Shown: piece by piece, positions 19,386-38,744 of the stretch
Numbering within the stretch: the first letter of the stretch is position 1
How the letters are laid out: each line of letters begins with the position of its first letter
Assembly: GCF_009914755.1 (NCBI RefSeq)
Contig: NC_060948.1
Length of the DNA: 64,000 nucleotides
From: the human T2T-CHM13v2.0 reference genome, Homo sapiens
Strand: one strand, 5' to 3'
The notes under the pieces: generated by a model
Database searches by the model: none
What the model saw: the letters and a program-made list of their open reading frames with translations, nothing else
Told to the model about the DNA's origin: nothing
Program-made: the position numbers and the translations under genes

Positions 19386-21490
19386 AGATCCATATTTTTT
19401 AAATGAAAAAAAATTTCAAAGGTACTCTGCTTGGTACAATAATCAAATGTATAAACTGAGGAATAAAACATAACCATGAAACCTACTTATAACTGCATAT
19501 GGAAAATACAGAGGATAATTTTTTAAATAACATATTTTGAAAGCCTTAACTAGTAATTTGAAGAGCTGGCATTTGAAAGGCCAGTATGAATATACCTTCA
19601 AAGCAGCAACACAGGTTCCCCATGAGAAACAGCAAACTCAGGGAAAATAAAACCACAAAAGTTCAAGCTCTTCTGACCTTTGAAAGACACAGCACAGACA
19701 GTGGTCCTTAGGACGAAGAGCAGGAGACCCCTAATTCCGTCACCATGGCGATAGGGCATAAACATTGCTGGGTGAGGGCACAATCCACATTGTGAGGTCC
19801 AACTGCTGCCAGGAAGACAGGAGTGCTTTTACATAGACCGAAAGGTCATTGAAGGCTCAGAGTTTTGTTTCAAGAACTGAATCCCAAGCCCACACGTTAT
19901 TAGGCTGCGCTTCTTAAAACAAGTTATGAGATGGGAAAAAGGGCACCCACAAACAAACGTATACATTATGTATATAATAATATACAGTATCATATATAAA
20001 ATATGTATAACCTATGTATAATATTGTTTTACATCCTGCATCTTATATTATATATATTGTCTAAAATATAATAATTGATAATATATAAGTTTTATATTTA
20101 TACAATATGACATATAGTATATATTATACTTTATGACATATATAATATATGTTATATATCATATATAGAATATATTATACGGTTAATATACGTATTAAAT
20201 ATAAATTATACATTATATATATTATATAAAATATATCTGTTATATATAATACCCATTATGCATAATATATATATTATGTCTATGTTATATATAGTATAAA
20301 ACAACATATAATAATATATAATTGTATATATAAAATGCGACATATAATATATATTATATTTTATGACATATGTAATATATATTATATATTATATATAATA
20401 CTTTGTATGTATAATACCTATATAAAATATATATTATATGACTATGTTATTAATTACATGTCACATGTGTTATATATTATATATTTTACATAGAATATAC
20501 CGGTTACATACAATATAAACTATGTTACCTATAATGTATAATTTATTACATGTAAAATAAAGAATGGAATATATTATGTATAATTTATAATATGCCATAT
20601 GTGGAATGTGATATATATAACATATAATATATGATATATGATATACAGTATATAATATATAACATACAATATATGATTCCTAATATATATGGTATACAAT
20701 ATATATTTTATGATATGTATTCTATATGTTTTATATTCTGTTATATATAACTATTTGAAATTATATATAACTGTATAATATTTTATGTAAATATGTAATA
20801 TAATATATATAACTATATAATATATTATATATAACTATATATTATGTTATATATACTTTTATAACATAATTTACATAAAATATCATAATATAATATATAT
20901 TATATTATTTCATATTACATAATATATATTACATATCACCCAATATAACTAACATACATAATATTATAATATAGATTATATTGTGTTATATTAAATATCA
21001 TATATATCATGTATCATATATTCTATAATATATATTACACATTATATAATATGTATGTTGTCTATTATGTGATATATATAACTCTATATATAATTATATT
21101 TTTATACATATAACTAGATAAACATGTAATTCTACATATTTTCATTTATAATATGTAGAATTATATAATCATATATAATTATTTATATTCTATAAAAAAT
21201 TTTATCATTATATAAATTATAATATATAAAAATTATAATATGTACTACAAATATATATATTATATATCATATATGATATAGTACCTTTGTTATATATCAT
21301 AATACATATAAATGTGTATTATGTTATCTATAATTATATAATTTCATATATAAGATGTATAATATGTATCATACATTATAGATGTTATGTAATATATATA
21401 GTATATATAAGATGACACAGGATAAATATTATATACTATGACATATAAAATATATGAGGTTATATGTTACATATAAGGCATAGCACATAA

Positions 21491-21805
<315 letters not shown>

Positions 21806-23933
21806 AGATCCATATTTTTTAAATGAAAAAAAATTTCAAAGGTACTCTGCTTGGTACAATAATCAAATGTATAAACTGAGGAATAAAACATAACCATGAA
21901 ACCTACTTATAACTGCATATGGAAAATACAGAGGATAATTTTTTAAATAACATATTTTGAAAGCCTTAACTAGTAATTTGAAGAGTTGGCATTTGAAAGG
22001 CCAGTATGAATATACCTTCAAAGCAGCAACACAGGTTCCCCATGAGAAAAAGCAAACACAGGGAAAATAAAAACACAAAGGTTCAATCTCTTCTGACCTT
22101 TGAAAGACACAGCACAGACAGTGGTCCTTAGGACGAAGAGCAGGAGACCCCTAATTCCGTCACCATGGCGATAGGGCATAAACATTGCTGGGTGAGGGCA
22201 CAATCCACATTGAGAGGTCCAACTGCTGCCAGGAAGACAGGAGTGCTTTTACATAGACCGAAAGGTCATTGAAGGCTCAGAGTTTTGTTTCAAGAACTGA
22301 ATCCCTAGCCCACACGTTATTAGGCTGCGCTTCTTAAAACAAGTTATGAGATGGGAAAAAGGGCACCCACAAACATACGTATACATTATGTATATAATAA
22401 TATACAGTATCATATATATAATATATATAACCTATGTATAATATTGTTTTACATCCTGCATCTTATGTTATATATATTGTATAAAATATAATAATTGATA
22501 ATATATAAGTTTTATATTTATACAATATGACATATAGTATATATTATAATTTATGACATATATAATATATGTTATATGTCATATATAGAATATATTATAC
22601 GGTTAATATACGTATTAAATATAAATTATACATTCTATATATTATATATAATATATCTGTTATATATAATACCCATTATGCATAATATATATATTATGTC
22701 TATGTTATATATAGTATAAAACAACATATAATAATATATAATTGTATATATAAAATGCGACATATAATATATATTATATTTTATAACATGTGAAATATAT
22801 ATTATATATTATATATAATACGTTGTATGTATAATACCTATATTAAATATATATTATATGACTATGTTATTAATTACATGTCACATGTGTTATATATTAT
22901 ATATTTTACATAGAATATACCGGTTACATACAATATATACTATGTTACCTATAATGTATTATTTATTACATGTAAAATAAAGAATGCAATATATTATGTA
23001 TAATTTATAATATACCATATGTGGAATGTCATATATATAACATATAATATATGATATATGATATACAGTATATGATATATAACATACAATATATGATTCC
23101 TAATACATATGGTATACAATATATATTTTATGATATGTATTCTATATGTTTTATATTCTGTTATATATAACTATTTGAAATTATATATAACTGTATAATA
23201 TTTTATGTAAATATGTAATATAATATATATAACTATATAATATATTATATATAACTATATATTATGTTATATATACTTTTATAACATAATTTACATAAAA
23301 TATCATAATATAATATATATTATATTATTTCATATTACATAATATATATTACATTTCACCCAATATAACTAACATACATAATATTATAATATAGATTATA
23401 TTATGTTATATTAAATATCATATATATCATGTATCATATATTCTATAATATATATTACACATTATATAATATGTATGTTGTCTATTATGTGATATATATA
23501 ACTCTATATATAATTATATTTTTATACATATAACTAGATAAACATGTAATTCTACATATTTTCATTTATAATATGTAGAATTATATAATCATATATAATT
23601 ATTTATATTCTATAAAAAATTTTATCATTATATAAATTATAATATATAAAAATTATAATATGTACTACAAATATATATATTATATATCATATATGATATA
23701 GTACCTTTGTTATATATCATAATACATATAAATGTGTATTATGTTATCTATAATTATATAATTTCATATATAAGATGTATAATATGTATCATATATTATA
23801 TATGTTATGTAATATATGTAGTATATATAAGATGACACAGGATAAATATTATATACTATGACATATAAAATATATCAGGTTATATGTTACATATAAGGCA
23901 TAGCACATAACATGTAATATATATCATATATAA

Positions 23934-24225
23934 TTTTTTTTTAGACAGAATCTTGTCCTGTTGCACAGGGTGGGGTACAATGGCGCCATCTTTGCTCACT
24001 GCAACATCTGCCTCACGGGTCCATGTGATTGTCCTCCCTCAGCCTCCCAGGTAGCTGGGACTACACCACACTGGGACTACACCAGCTGCCACCATGCCTA
24101 GCTAATTTTTTGGATTTTTAGTAGTGACAGCGTTTCACTGTATTGGCCAGGATGGTCTTGATCTCTTCACCTTGTGATCCCCTTGCCTTGGCCTCCAAAT
24201 TTGCTGGGATTACAGGCCTGAGCCA
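23934..24225 (-). mobile_element. Degenerate Alu copy (U10)
   Basis: Near-identical to 2176-2467. Confidence 0.93.
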
Positions 24226-26330
24226 AGATCCATATTTTTTAAATGAAAAAAAATTTCAAAGGTACTCTGCTTGGTACAATAATCAAATGTATAAACTGAG
24301 GAATAAAACATAACCATGAAACCTACTTATAACTGCATATGGAAAATACAGAGGATAATTTTTTAAATAACATATTTTGAAAGCCTTAACTAGTAATTTG
24401 AAGAGTTGGCATTTGAAAGGCCAGTATGAATATACCTTCAAAGCAGCAACACAGGTTCCCCATGAGAAAAAGCAAACACAGGGAAAATAAAAACACAAAG
24501 GTTCAATCTCTTCTGACCTTTGAAAGACACAGCACAGACAGTGGTCCTTAGGACGAAGAGCAGGAGACCCCTAATTCCGTCACCATGGCGATAGGGCATA
24601 AACATTGCTGGGTGAGGGCACAATCCACATTGTGAGGTCCAACTGCTGCCAGGAAGACAGGAGTGCTTTTACATAGACCGAAAGGTCATTGAAGGCTCAG
24701 AGTTTTGTTTCAAGAACTGAATCCCAAGCCCACACGTTATTAGGCTGCGCTTCTTAAAACAAGTTATGAGATGGGAAAAAGGGCACCCACAAACATACGT
24801 ATACATTATGTATATAATAATATACAGTATCATATATATAATATATATAACCTATGTATAATATTGTTTTACATCCTGCATCTTATGTTATATATATTGT
24901 ATAAAATATAATAATTGATAATATATAAGTTTTATAATTATACAATATGACATATAGTATATATTATAATTTATGACATATATAATATATGTTATATGTC
25001 ATATATAGAATATATTATACGGTTAATATACGTATTAAATATAAATTATACATTCTATATATTATATATAATATATCTGTTATATATAATACCCATTATG
25101 CATAATATATATATTATGTCTATGTTATATATAGTATAAAACAACATATAATAATATATAATTGTATATATAAAATGCGACATATAATATATATTATATT
25201 TTATAACATGTGAAATATATATTATATATTATATATAATACGTTGTATGTATAATACCTATATTAAATATATATTATATGACTATGTTATTAATTACATG
25301 TCACATGTGTTATATATTATATATTTTACATAGAATATACCGGTTACATACAATATATACTATGTTACCTATAATGTATTATTTATTACATGTAAAATAA
25401 AGAATGCAATATATTATGTATAATTTATAATATACCATATGTGGAATGTCATATATATAACATATAATATATGATATATGATATACAGTATATGATATAT
25501 AACATACAATATATGATTCCTAATACATATGGTATACAATATATATTTTATGATATGTATTCTATATGTTTTATATTCTGTTATATATAACTATTTGAAA
25601 TTATATATAACTGTATAATATTTTATGTAAATATGTAATATAATATATATAACTATATAATATATTATATATAACTATATATTATGTTATATATACTTTT
25701 ATAACATAATTTACATAAAATATCATAATATAATATATATTATATTATTTCATATTACATAATATATATTACATTTCACCCAATATAACTAACATACATA
25801 ATATTATAATATAGATTATATTATGTTATATTAAATATCATATATATCATGTATCATATATTCTATAATATATATTACACATTATATAATATGTATGTTG
25901 TCTATTATGTGATATATATAACTCTATATATAATTATATTTTTATACATATAACTAGATAAACATGTAATTCTACATATTTTCATTTATAATATGTAGAA
26001 TTATATAATCATATATAATTATTTATATTCTATAAAAAATTTTATCATTATATAAATTATAGTATATAAAAATTATAATATGTACTACAAATATATATAT
26101 TATATATCATATATGCTATAGTACCTTTGTTATATATCATAATACATATAAATGTGTATTATGTTATCTATAATTATATAATTTCATATATAAGTTGTAT
26201 AATATGTATCATATATTATATATGTTATGTAATATATATAGTATATATAAGATGACACAGGATAAATATTATATACTATGACATATAAAATATATGAGGT
26301 TATATGTTACATATAAGGCATAGCACATAA

Positions 26331-26645
<315 letters not shown>

Positions 26646-28750
26646 AGATCCATATTCTTTAAATGAAAAAAAATTTCAAAGGTACTCTGCTTGGTACAAT
26701 AATCAAATGTATAAACTGAGGAATAAAACATAACCATGAAACCTACTTATAACTGCATATGGAAAATACAGAGGATAATTTTTTAAATAACATATTTTGA
26801 AAGCCTTAACTAGTAATTTGAAGAGCTGGCATTTGAAAGGCCAGTATGAATATACCTTCAAAGCAGCAACACAGGTTCCCCATGAGAAAAAGCAAACAGA
26901 GGGAAAATAAAAACACAAAGGTTCAATCTCTTCTGACCTTTGAAAGACACAGCACAGACAGTGGTCCTTAGGACGAAGAGCAGGAGACCCCTAATTCCGT
27001 CACCATGGCGATAGGGCATAAACATTGCTGGGTGAGGGCACAATCCACATTGTGAGGTCCAACTGCTGCCAGGAAGACAGGAGTGCTTTTACATAGACCG
27101 AAAGGTCATTGAAGGCTCAGAGTTTTGTTTCAAGAACTGAATCCCAAGCCCACACGTTATTAGGCTGCGCTTCTTTAAACAAGTTATGAGATGGGAAAAA
27201 GGGCACCCACAAACATACGTATACATTATGTATATAATAATATACAGTATCATATATATAATATATATAACCTATGTATAATATTGTTTTACATCCTGCA
27301 TCTTATGTTATATATATTGTATAAAATATAATAATTGATAATATATAAGTTTTATAATTATACAATATGACATATAGTATATATTATAATTTATGACATA
27401 TATAATATATGTTATATATCATATATAGAATATATTATACGGTTAATATACGTATTAAATATAAATTATACATTATATATATTATATATAATATATCTGT
27501 TATATATAATACCCATTATGCATAATATATATATTATGTCTATGTTATATATAGTATAAAACAACATATAATAATATATAATTGTATATATAAAATGCGA
27601 CATATAATATATATTATATTTTATGACATATGTAATATATATTATATATTATATATAATACGTTGTATGTATAATACCTATATTAAATATATATTATATG
27701 ACTATGTTATAAATTACATGTCACATGTGTTATATATTATTTATTTTACATAGAATATACCGGTTACATACAATATATACTATGTTACCTATAATGTATA
27801 ATTTATTACATGTAAAATAAAGAATGCAATATATTATGTATAATTTATAATGTACCATATGTGGAATGTGATATATATAACATATAATATATGATATATG
27901 ATATACAGTATATGATATATAACATACAATATATGAATCCTAATATATATGGTATACAATATATATTTTATGATATGTATTCTGTATGTTTTATATTCTG
28001 TTATATATAACTATTTGAAATTATATATAACTGTATAATATTTTATGTAAATATGTAATATAATATATATAACTATATAATATATTATATATAACTATAT
28101 ATTATATTATATATACTTTTATAACATAATTTACATAAAATATCATAATATAATATATATTATATTATTTCATATTACATAATACATATTACATATCACA
28201 CAATATAACTAACATACATAATATTATAATATAGATTATATTATGTTATATTAAATATCATATATATCATGTATCATATATTCTATAATATATATTACAC
28301 ATTATATAATATGTATGTTGTCTATTATGTGATATATATAACTCTATATATAATTATATTTTTATACATATAACTAGATAAACATGTAATTCTACATATT
28401 TTCATTTATAATATGTAGAATTATATAATCATATATAATTATTTATATTCTATAAAAAATTTTATCATTATATAAATTATAGTATATAAAAATTATAATA
28501 TGTACTACAAATATATATATTATATATCATATATGCTATAGTACCTTTGTTATATATCATAATACATATAAATGTGTATTATGTTATCTATAATTATATA
28601 ATTTCATATATAAGTTGTATAATATGTATCATATATTATATATGTTATGTAATATATATAGTATATATAAGATGACACAGGATAAATATTATATACTATG
28701 ACATATAAAATATATGAGGTTATATGTTACATATAAGGCATAGCACATAA

Positions 28751-29065
<315 letters not shown>

Positions 29066-31170
29066 AGATCCATATTCTTTAAATGAAAAAAAATTTCAAA
29101 GGTACTCTGCTTGGTACAATAATCAAATGTATAAACTGAGGAATAAAACATAACCATGAAACCTACTTATAACTGCATATGGAAAATACAGAGGATAATT
29201 TTTTAAATAACATATTTTGAAAGCCTTAACTAGTAATTTGAAGAGCTGGCATTTGAAAGGCCAGTATGAATATACCTTCAAAGCAGCAACACAGGTTCCC
29301 CATGAGAAAAAGCAAACAGAGGGAAAATAAAAACACAAAGGTTCAATCTCTTCTGACCTTTGAAAGACACAGCACAGACAGTGGTCCTTAGGACGAAGAG
29401 CAGGAGACCCCTAATTCCGTCACCATGGCGATAGGGCATAAACATTGCTGGGTGAGGGCACAATCCACATTGTGAGGTCCAACTGCTGCCAGGAAGACAG
29501 GAGTGCTTTTACATAGACCGAAAGGTCATTGAAGGCTCAGAGTTTTGTTTCAAGAACTGAATCCCAAGCCCACACGTTATTAGGCTGCGCTTCTTTAAAC
29601 AAGTTATGAGATGGGAAAAAGGGCACCCACAAACATACGTATACATTATGTATATAATAATATACAGTATCATATATATAATATATATAACCTATGTATA
29701 ATATTGTTTTACATCCTGCATCTTATGTTATATATATTGTATAAAATATAATAATTGATAATATATAAGTTTTATAATTATACAATATGACATATAGTAT
29801 ATATTATAATTTATGACATATATAATATATGTTATATATCATATATAGAATATATTATACGGTTAATATACGTATTAAATATAAATTATACATTATATAT
29901 ATTATATATAATATATCTGTTATATATAATACCCATTATGCATAATATATATATTATGTCTATGTTATATATAGTATAAAACAACATATAATAATATATA
30001 ATTGTATATATAAAATGCGACATATAATATATATTATATTTTATGACATATGTAATATATATTATATATTATATATAATACGTTGTATGTATAATACCTA
30101 TATTAAATATATATTATATGACTATGTTATAAATTACATGTCACATGTGTTATATATTATTTATTTTACATAGAATATACCGGTTACATACAATATATAC
30201 TATGTTACCTATAATGTATAATTTATTACATGTAAAATAAAGAATGCAATATATTATGTATAATTTATAATGTACCATATGTGGAATGTGATATATATAA
30301 CATATAATATATGATATATGATATACAGTATATGATATATAACATACAATATATGAATCCTAATATATATGGTATACAATATATATTTTATGATATGTAT
30401 TCTGTATGTTTTATATTCTGTTATATATAACTATTTGAAATTATATATAACTGTATAATATTTTATGTAAATATGTAATATAATATATATAACTATATAA
30501 TATATTATATATAACTATATATTATATTATATATACTTTTATAACATAATTTACATAAAATATCATAATATAATATATATTATATTATTTCATATTACAT
30601 AATACATATTACATATCACACAATATAACTAACATACATAATATTATAATATAGATTATATTATGTTATATTAAATATCATATATATCATGTATCATATA
30701 TTCTATAATATATATTACACATTATATAATATGCATGTTGTCTATTATGTGATATATATAACTATATATATAATTATATTTTTATACATATAACTAGATA
30801 AACATGTAATTCTACATATTTTCATTTATAATATGTAGAATTATATAATCATATATAATTATTTATATTCTATAAAAAATTTTATCATTATATAAATTAT
30901 AATATATAAAAATTATAATATGTACTACAAATATATATATTATATATCATATATGATATAGTACCTTTGTTATATATCATAATACATATAAATGTGTATT
31001 ATGTTATCTATAATTATATAATTTCATATATAAGATGTATAATATGTATCATATATTATATATGTTATGTAATATATATTGTATATATAAGATGACACAG
31101 GAGAAATATTATATACTATGACATATAAAATATATGAGGTTATATGTTACATATAAGGCATAGCACATAA

Positions 31171-31485
<315 letters not shown>

Positions 31486-33590
31486 AGATCCATATTTTTT
31501 AAATGAAAAAAAATTTCAAAGGTACTCTGCTTGGTACAATAATCAAATGTATAAACTGAGGAATAAAACATAACCATGAAACCTACTTATAACTGCATAT
31601 GGAAAATACAGAGGATAATTTTTTAAATAACATATTTTGAAAGCCTTAACTAGTAATTTGAAGAGTTGGCATTTGAAAGGCCAGTATGAATATACCTTCA
31701 AAGCAGCAACACAGGTTCCCCATGAGAAAAAGCAAACACAGGGAAAATAAAAACACAAAGGTTCAATCTCTTCTGACCTTTGAAAGACACAGCACAGACA
31801 GTGGTCCTTAGGACGAAGAGCAGGAGACCCCTAATTCCGTCACCATGGCGATAGGGCATAAACATTGCTGGGTGAGGGCACAATCCACATTGTGAGGTCC
31901 AACTGCTGCCAGGAAGACAGGAGTGCTTTTACATAGACCGAAAGGTCATTGAAGGCTCAGAGTTTTGTTTCAAGAACTGAATCCCAAGCCCACACGTTAT
32001 TAGGCTGCGCTTCTTAAAACAAGTTATGAGATGGGAAAAAGGGCACCCACAAACATACGTATACATTATGTATATAATAATATACAGTATCATATATATA
32101 ATATATATAACCTATGTATAATATTGTTTTACATCCTGCATCTTATGTTATATATATTGTATAAAATATAATAATTGATAATATATAAGTTTTATAATTA
32201 TACAATATGACATATAGTATATATTATAATTTATGACATATATAATATATGTTATATGTCATATATAGAATATATTATACGGTTAATATACGTATTAAAT
32301 ATAAATTATACATTCTATATATTATATATAATATATCTGTTATATATAATACCCATTATGCATAATATATATATTATGTCTATGTTATATATAGTATAAA
32401 ACAACATATAATAATATATAATTGTATATATAAAATGCGACATATAATATATATTATATTTTATAACATGTGAAATATATATTATATATTATATATAATA
32501 CGTTGTATGTATAATACCTATATTAAATATATATTATATGACTATGTTATTAATTACATGTCACATGTGTTATATATTATATATTTTACATAGAATATAC
32601 CGGTTACATACAATATATACTATGTTACCTATAATGTATTATTTATTACATGTAAAATAAAGAATGCAATATATTATGTATAATTTATAATATACCATAT
32701 GTGGAATGTCATATATATAACATATAATATATGATATATGATATACAGTATATGATATATAACATACAATATATGATTCCTAATACATATGGTATACAAT
32801 ATATATTTTATGATATGTATTCTATATGTTTTATATTCTGTTATATATAACTATTTGAAATTATATATAACTGTATAATATTTTATGTAAATATGTAATA
32901 TAATATATATAACTATATAATATATTATATATAACTATATATTATGTTATATATACTTTTATAACATAATTTACATAAAATATCATAATATAATATATAT
33001 TATATTATTTCATATTACATAATATATATTACATTTCACCCAATATAACTAACATACATAATATTATAATATAGATTATATTATGTTATATTAAATATCA
33101 TATATATCATGTATCATATATTCTATAATATATATTACACATTATATAATATGTATGTTGTCTATTATGTGATATATATAACTCTATATATAATTATATT
33201 TTTATACATATAACTAGATAAACATGTAATTCTACATATTTTCATTTATAATATGTAGAATTATATAATCATATATAATTATTTATATTCTATAAAAAAT
33301 TTTATCATTATATAAATTATAGTATATAAAAATTATAATATGTACTACAAATATATATATTATATATCATATATGCTATAGTACCTTTGTTATATATCAT
33401 AATACATATAAATGTGTATTATGTTATCTATAATTATATAATTTCATATATAAGTTGTATAATATGTATCATATATTATATATGTTATGTAATATATATA
33501 GTATATATAAGATGACACAGGATAAATATTATATACTATGACATATAAAATATATGAGGTTATATGTTACATATAAGGCATAGCACATAA

Positions 33591-33905
<315 letters not shown>

Positions 33906-36010
33906 AGATCCATATTCTTTAAATGAAAAAAAATTTCAAAGGTACTCTGCTTGGTACAATAATCAAATGTATAAACTGAGGAATAAAACATAACCATGAA
34001 ACCTACTTATAACTGCATATGGAAAATACAGAGGATAATTTTTTAAATAACATATTTTGAAAGCCTTAACTAGTAATTTGAAGAGCTGGCATTTGAAAGG
34101 CCAGTATGAATATACCTTCAAAGCAGCAACACAGGTTCCCCATGAGAAAAAGCAAACAGAGGGAAAATAAAAACACAAAGGTTCAATCTCTTCTGACCTT
34201 TGAAAGACACAGCACAGACAGTGGTCCTTAGGACGAAGAGCAGGAGACCCCTAATTCCGTCACCATGGCGATAGGGCATAAACATTGCTGGGTGAGGGCA
34301 CAATCCACATTGTGAGGTCCAACTGCTGCCAGGAAGACAGGAGTGCTTTTACATAGACCGAAAGGTCATTGAAGGCTCAGAGTTTTGTTTCAAGAACTGA
34401 ATCCCAAGCCCACACGTTATTAGGCTGCGCTTCTTTAAACAAGTTATGAGATGGGAAAAAGGGCACCCACAAACATACGTATACATTATGTATATAATAA
34501 TATACAGTATCATATATATAATATATATAACCTATGTATAATATTGTTTTACATCCTGCATCTTATGTTATATATATTGTATAAAATATAATAATTGATA
34601 ATATATAAGTTTTATAATTATACAATATGACATATAGTATATATTATAATTTATGACATATATAATATATGTTATATATCATATATAGAATATATTATAC
34701 GGTTAATATACGTATTAAATATAAATTATACATTATATATATTATATATAATATATCTGTTATATATAATACCCATTATGCATAATATATATATTATGTC
34801 TATGTTATATATAGTATAAAACAACATATAATAATATATAATTGTATATATAAAATGCGACATATAATATATATTATATTTTATGACATATGTAATATAT
34901 ATTATATATTATATATAATACGTTGTATGTATAATACCTATATTAAATATATATTATATGACTATGTTATAAATTACATGTCACATGTGTTATATATTAT
35001 TTATTTTACATAGAATATACCGGTTACATACAATATATACTATGTTACCTATAATGTATAATTTATTACATGTAAAATAAAGAATGCAATATATTATGTA
35101 TAATTTATAATGTACCATATGTGGAATGTGATATATATAACATATAATATATGATATATGATATACAGTATATGATATATAACATACAATATATGAATCC
35201 TAATATATATGGTATACAATATATATTTTATGATATGTATTCTGTATGTTTTATATTCTGTTATATATAACTATTTGAAATTATATATAACTGTATAATA
35301 TTTTATGTAAATATGTAATATAATATATATAACTATATAATATATTATATATAACTATATATTATATTATATATACTTTTATAACATAATTTACATAAAA
35401 TATCATAATATAATATATATTATATTATTTCATATTACATAATACATATTACATATCACACAATATAACTAACATACATAATATTATAATATAGATTATA
35501 TTATGTTATATTAAATATCATATATATCATGTATCATATATTCTATAATATATATTACACATTATATAATATGCATGTTGTCTATTATGTGATATATATA
35601 ACTATATATATAATTATATTTTTATACATATAACTAGATAAACATGTAATTCTACATATTTTCATTTATAATATGTAGAATTATATAATCATATATAATT
35701 ATTTATATTCTATAAAAAATTTTATCATTATATAAATTATAATATATAAAAATTATAATATGTACTACAAATATATATATTATATATCATATATGATATA
35801 GTACCTTTGTTATATATCATAATACATATAAATGTGTATTATGTTATCTATAATTATATAATTTCATATATAAGATGTATAATATGTATCATATATTATA
35901 TATGTTATGTAATATATATTGTATATATAAGATGACACAGGAGAAATATTATATACTATGACATATAAAATATATGAGGTTATATGTTACATATAAGGCA
36001 TAGCACATAA

Positions 36011-36325
<315 letters not shown>

Positions 36326-38452
36326 AGATCCATATTTTTTAAATGAAAAAAAATTTCAAAGGTACTCTGCTTGGTACAATAATCAAATGTATAAACTGAG
36401 GAATAAAACATAACCATGAAACCTACTTATAACTGCATATGGAAAATACAGAGGATAATTTTTTAAATAACATATTTTGAAAGCCTTAACTAGTAATTTG
36501 AAGAGTTGGCATTTGAAAGGCCAGTATGAATATACCTTCAAAGCAGCAACACAGGTTCCCCATGAGAAAAAGCAAACACAGGGAAAATAAAAACACAAAG
36601 GTTCAATCTCTTCTGACCTTTGAAAGACACAGCACAGACAGTGGTCCTTAGGACGAAGAGCAGGAGACCCCTAATTCCGTCACCATGGCGATAGGGCATA
36701 AACATTGCTGGGTGAGGGCACAATCCACATTGTGAGGTCCAACTGCTGCCAGGAAGACAGGAGTGCTTTTACATAGACCGAAAGGTCATTGAAGGCTCAG
36801 AGTTTTGTTTCAAGAACTGAATCCCAAGCCCACACGTTATTAGGCTGCGCTTCTTAAAACAAGTTATGAGATGGGAAAAAGGGCACCCACAAACATACGT
36901 ATACATTATGTATATAATAATATACAGTATCATATATATAATATATATAACCTATGTATAATATTGTTTTACATCCTGCATCTTATGTTATATATATTGT
37001 ATAAAATATAATAATTGATAATATATAAGTTTTATAATTATACAATATGACATATAGTATATATTATAATTTATGACATATATAATATATGTTATATGTC
37101 ATATATAGAATATATTATACGGTTAATATACGTATTAAATATAAATTATACATTCTATATATTATATATAATATATCTGTTATATATAATACCCATTATG
37201 CATAATATATATATTATGTCTATGTTATATATAGTATAAAACAACATATAATAATATATAATTGTATATATAAAATGCGACATATAATATATATTATATT
37301 TTATAACATGTGAAATATATATTATATATTATATATAATACGTTGTATGTATAATACCTATATTAAATATATATTATATGACTATGTTATTAATTACATG
37401 TCACATGTGTTATATATTATATATTTTACATAGAATATACCGGTTACATACAATATATACTATGTTACCTATAATGTATTATTTATTACATGTAAAATAA
37501 AGAATGCAATATATTATGTATAATTTATAATATACCATATGTGGAATGTCATATATATAACATATAATATATGATATATGATATACAGTATATGATATAT
37601 AACATACAATATATGATTCCTAATACATATGGTATACAATATATATTTTATGATATGTATTCTATATGTTTTATATTCTGTTATATATAACTATTTGAAA
37701 TTATATATAACTGTATAATATTTTATGTAAATATGTAATATAATATATATAACTATATAATATATTATATATAACTATATATTATGTTATATATACTTTT
37801 ATAACATAATTTACATAAAATATCATAATATAATATATATTATATTATTTCATATTACATAATATATATTACATTTCACCCAATATAACTAACATACATA
37901 ATATTATAATATAGATTATATTATGTTATATTAAATATCATATATATCATGTATCATATATTCTATAATATATATTACACATTATATAATATGTATGTTG
38001 TCTATTATGTGATATATATAACTCTATATATAATTATATTTTTATACATATAACTAGATAAACATGTAATTCTACATATTTTCATTTATAATATGTAGAA
38101 TTATATAATCATATATAATTATTTATATTCTATAAAAAATTTTATCATTATATAAATTATAATATATAAAAATTATAATATGTACTACAAATATATATAT
38201 TATATATCATATATGATATAGTACCTTTGTTATATATCATAATACATATAAAGTGTATTATGTTATCTATAATTATATAATTTCATATATAAGATGTATA
38301 ATATGTATCATATATTATATATGTTATGTAATATATGTAGTATATATAAGATGACACAGGATAAATATTATATACTATGACATATAAAATATATCAGGTT
38401 ATATGTTACATATAAGGCATAGCACATAACATGTAATATATATCATATATAA

Positions 38453-38744
38453 TTTTTTTTTAGACAGAATCTTGTCCTGTTGCACAGGGTGGGGTACAAT
38501 GGCGCCATCTTTGCTCACTGCAACATCTGCCTCACGGGTCCATGGGATTGTCCTCCCTCAGCCTCCCAGGTAGCTGGGACTACACCACACTGGGACTACA
38601 CCAGCTGCCACCATGCCTAGCTAATTTTTTGGATTTTTAGTAGTGACAGCGTTTCACTGTATTGGCCAGGATGGTCTTGATCTCTTCACCTTGTGATCCC
38701 CTTGCCTTGGCCTCCAAATTTGCTGGGATTACAGGCCTGAGCCA
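38453..38744 (-). mobile_element. Degenerate Alu copy (U16)
   Basis: Near-identical to 2176-2467. Confidence 0.93.
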
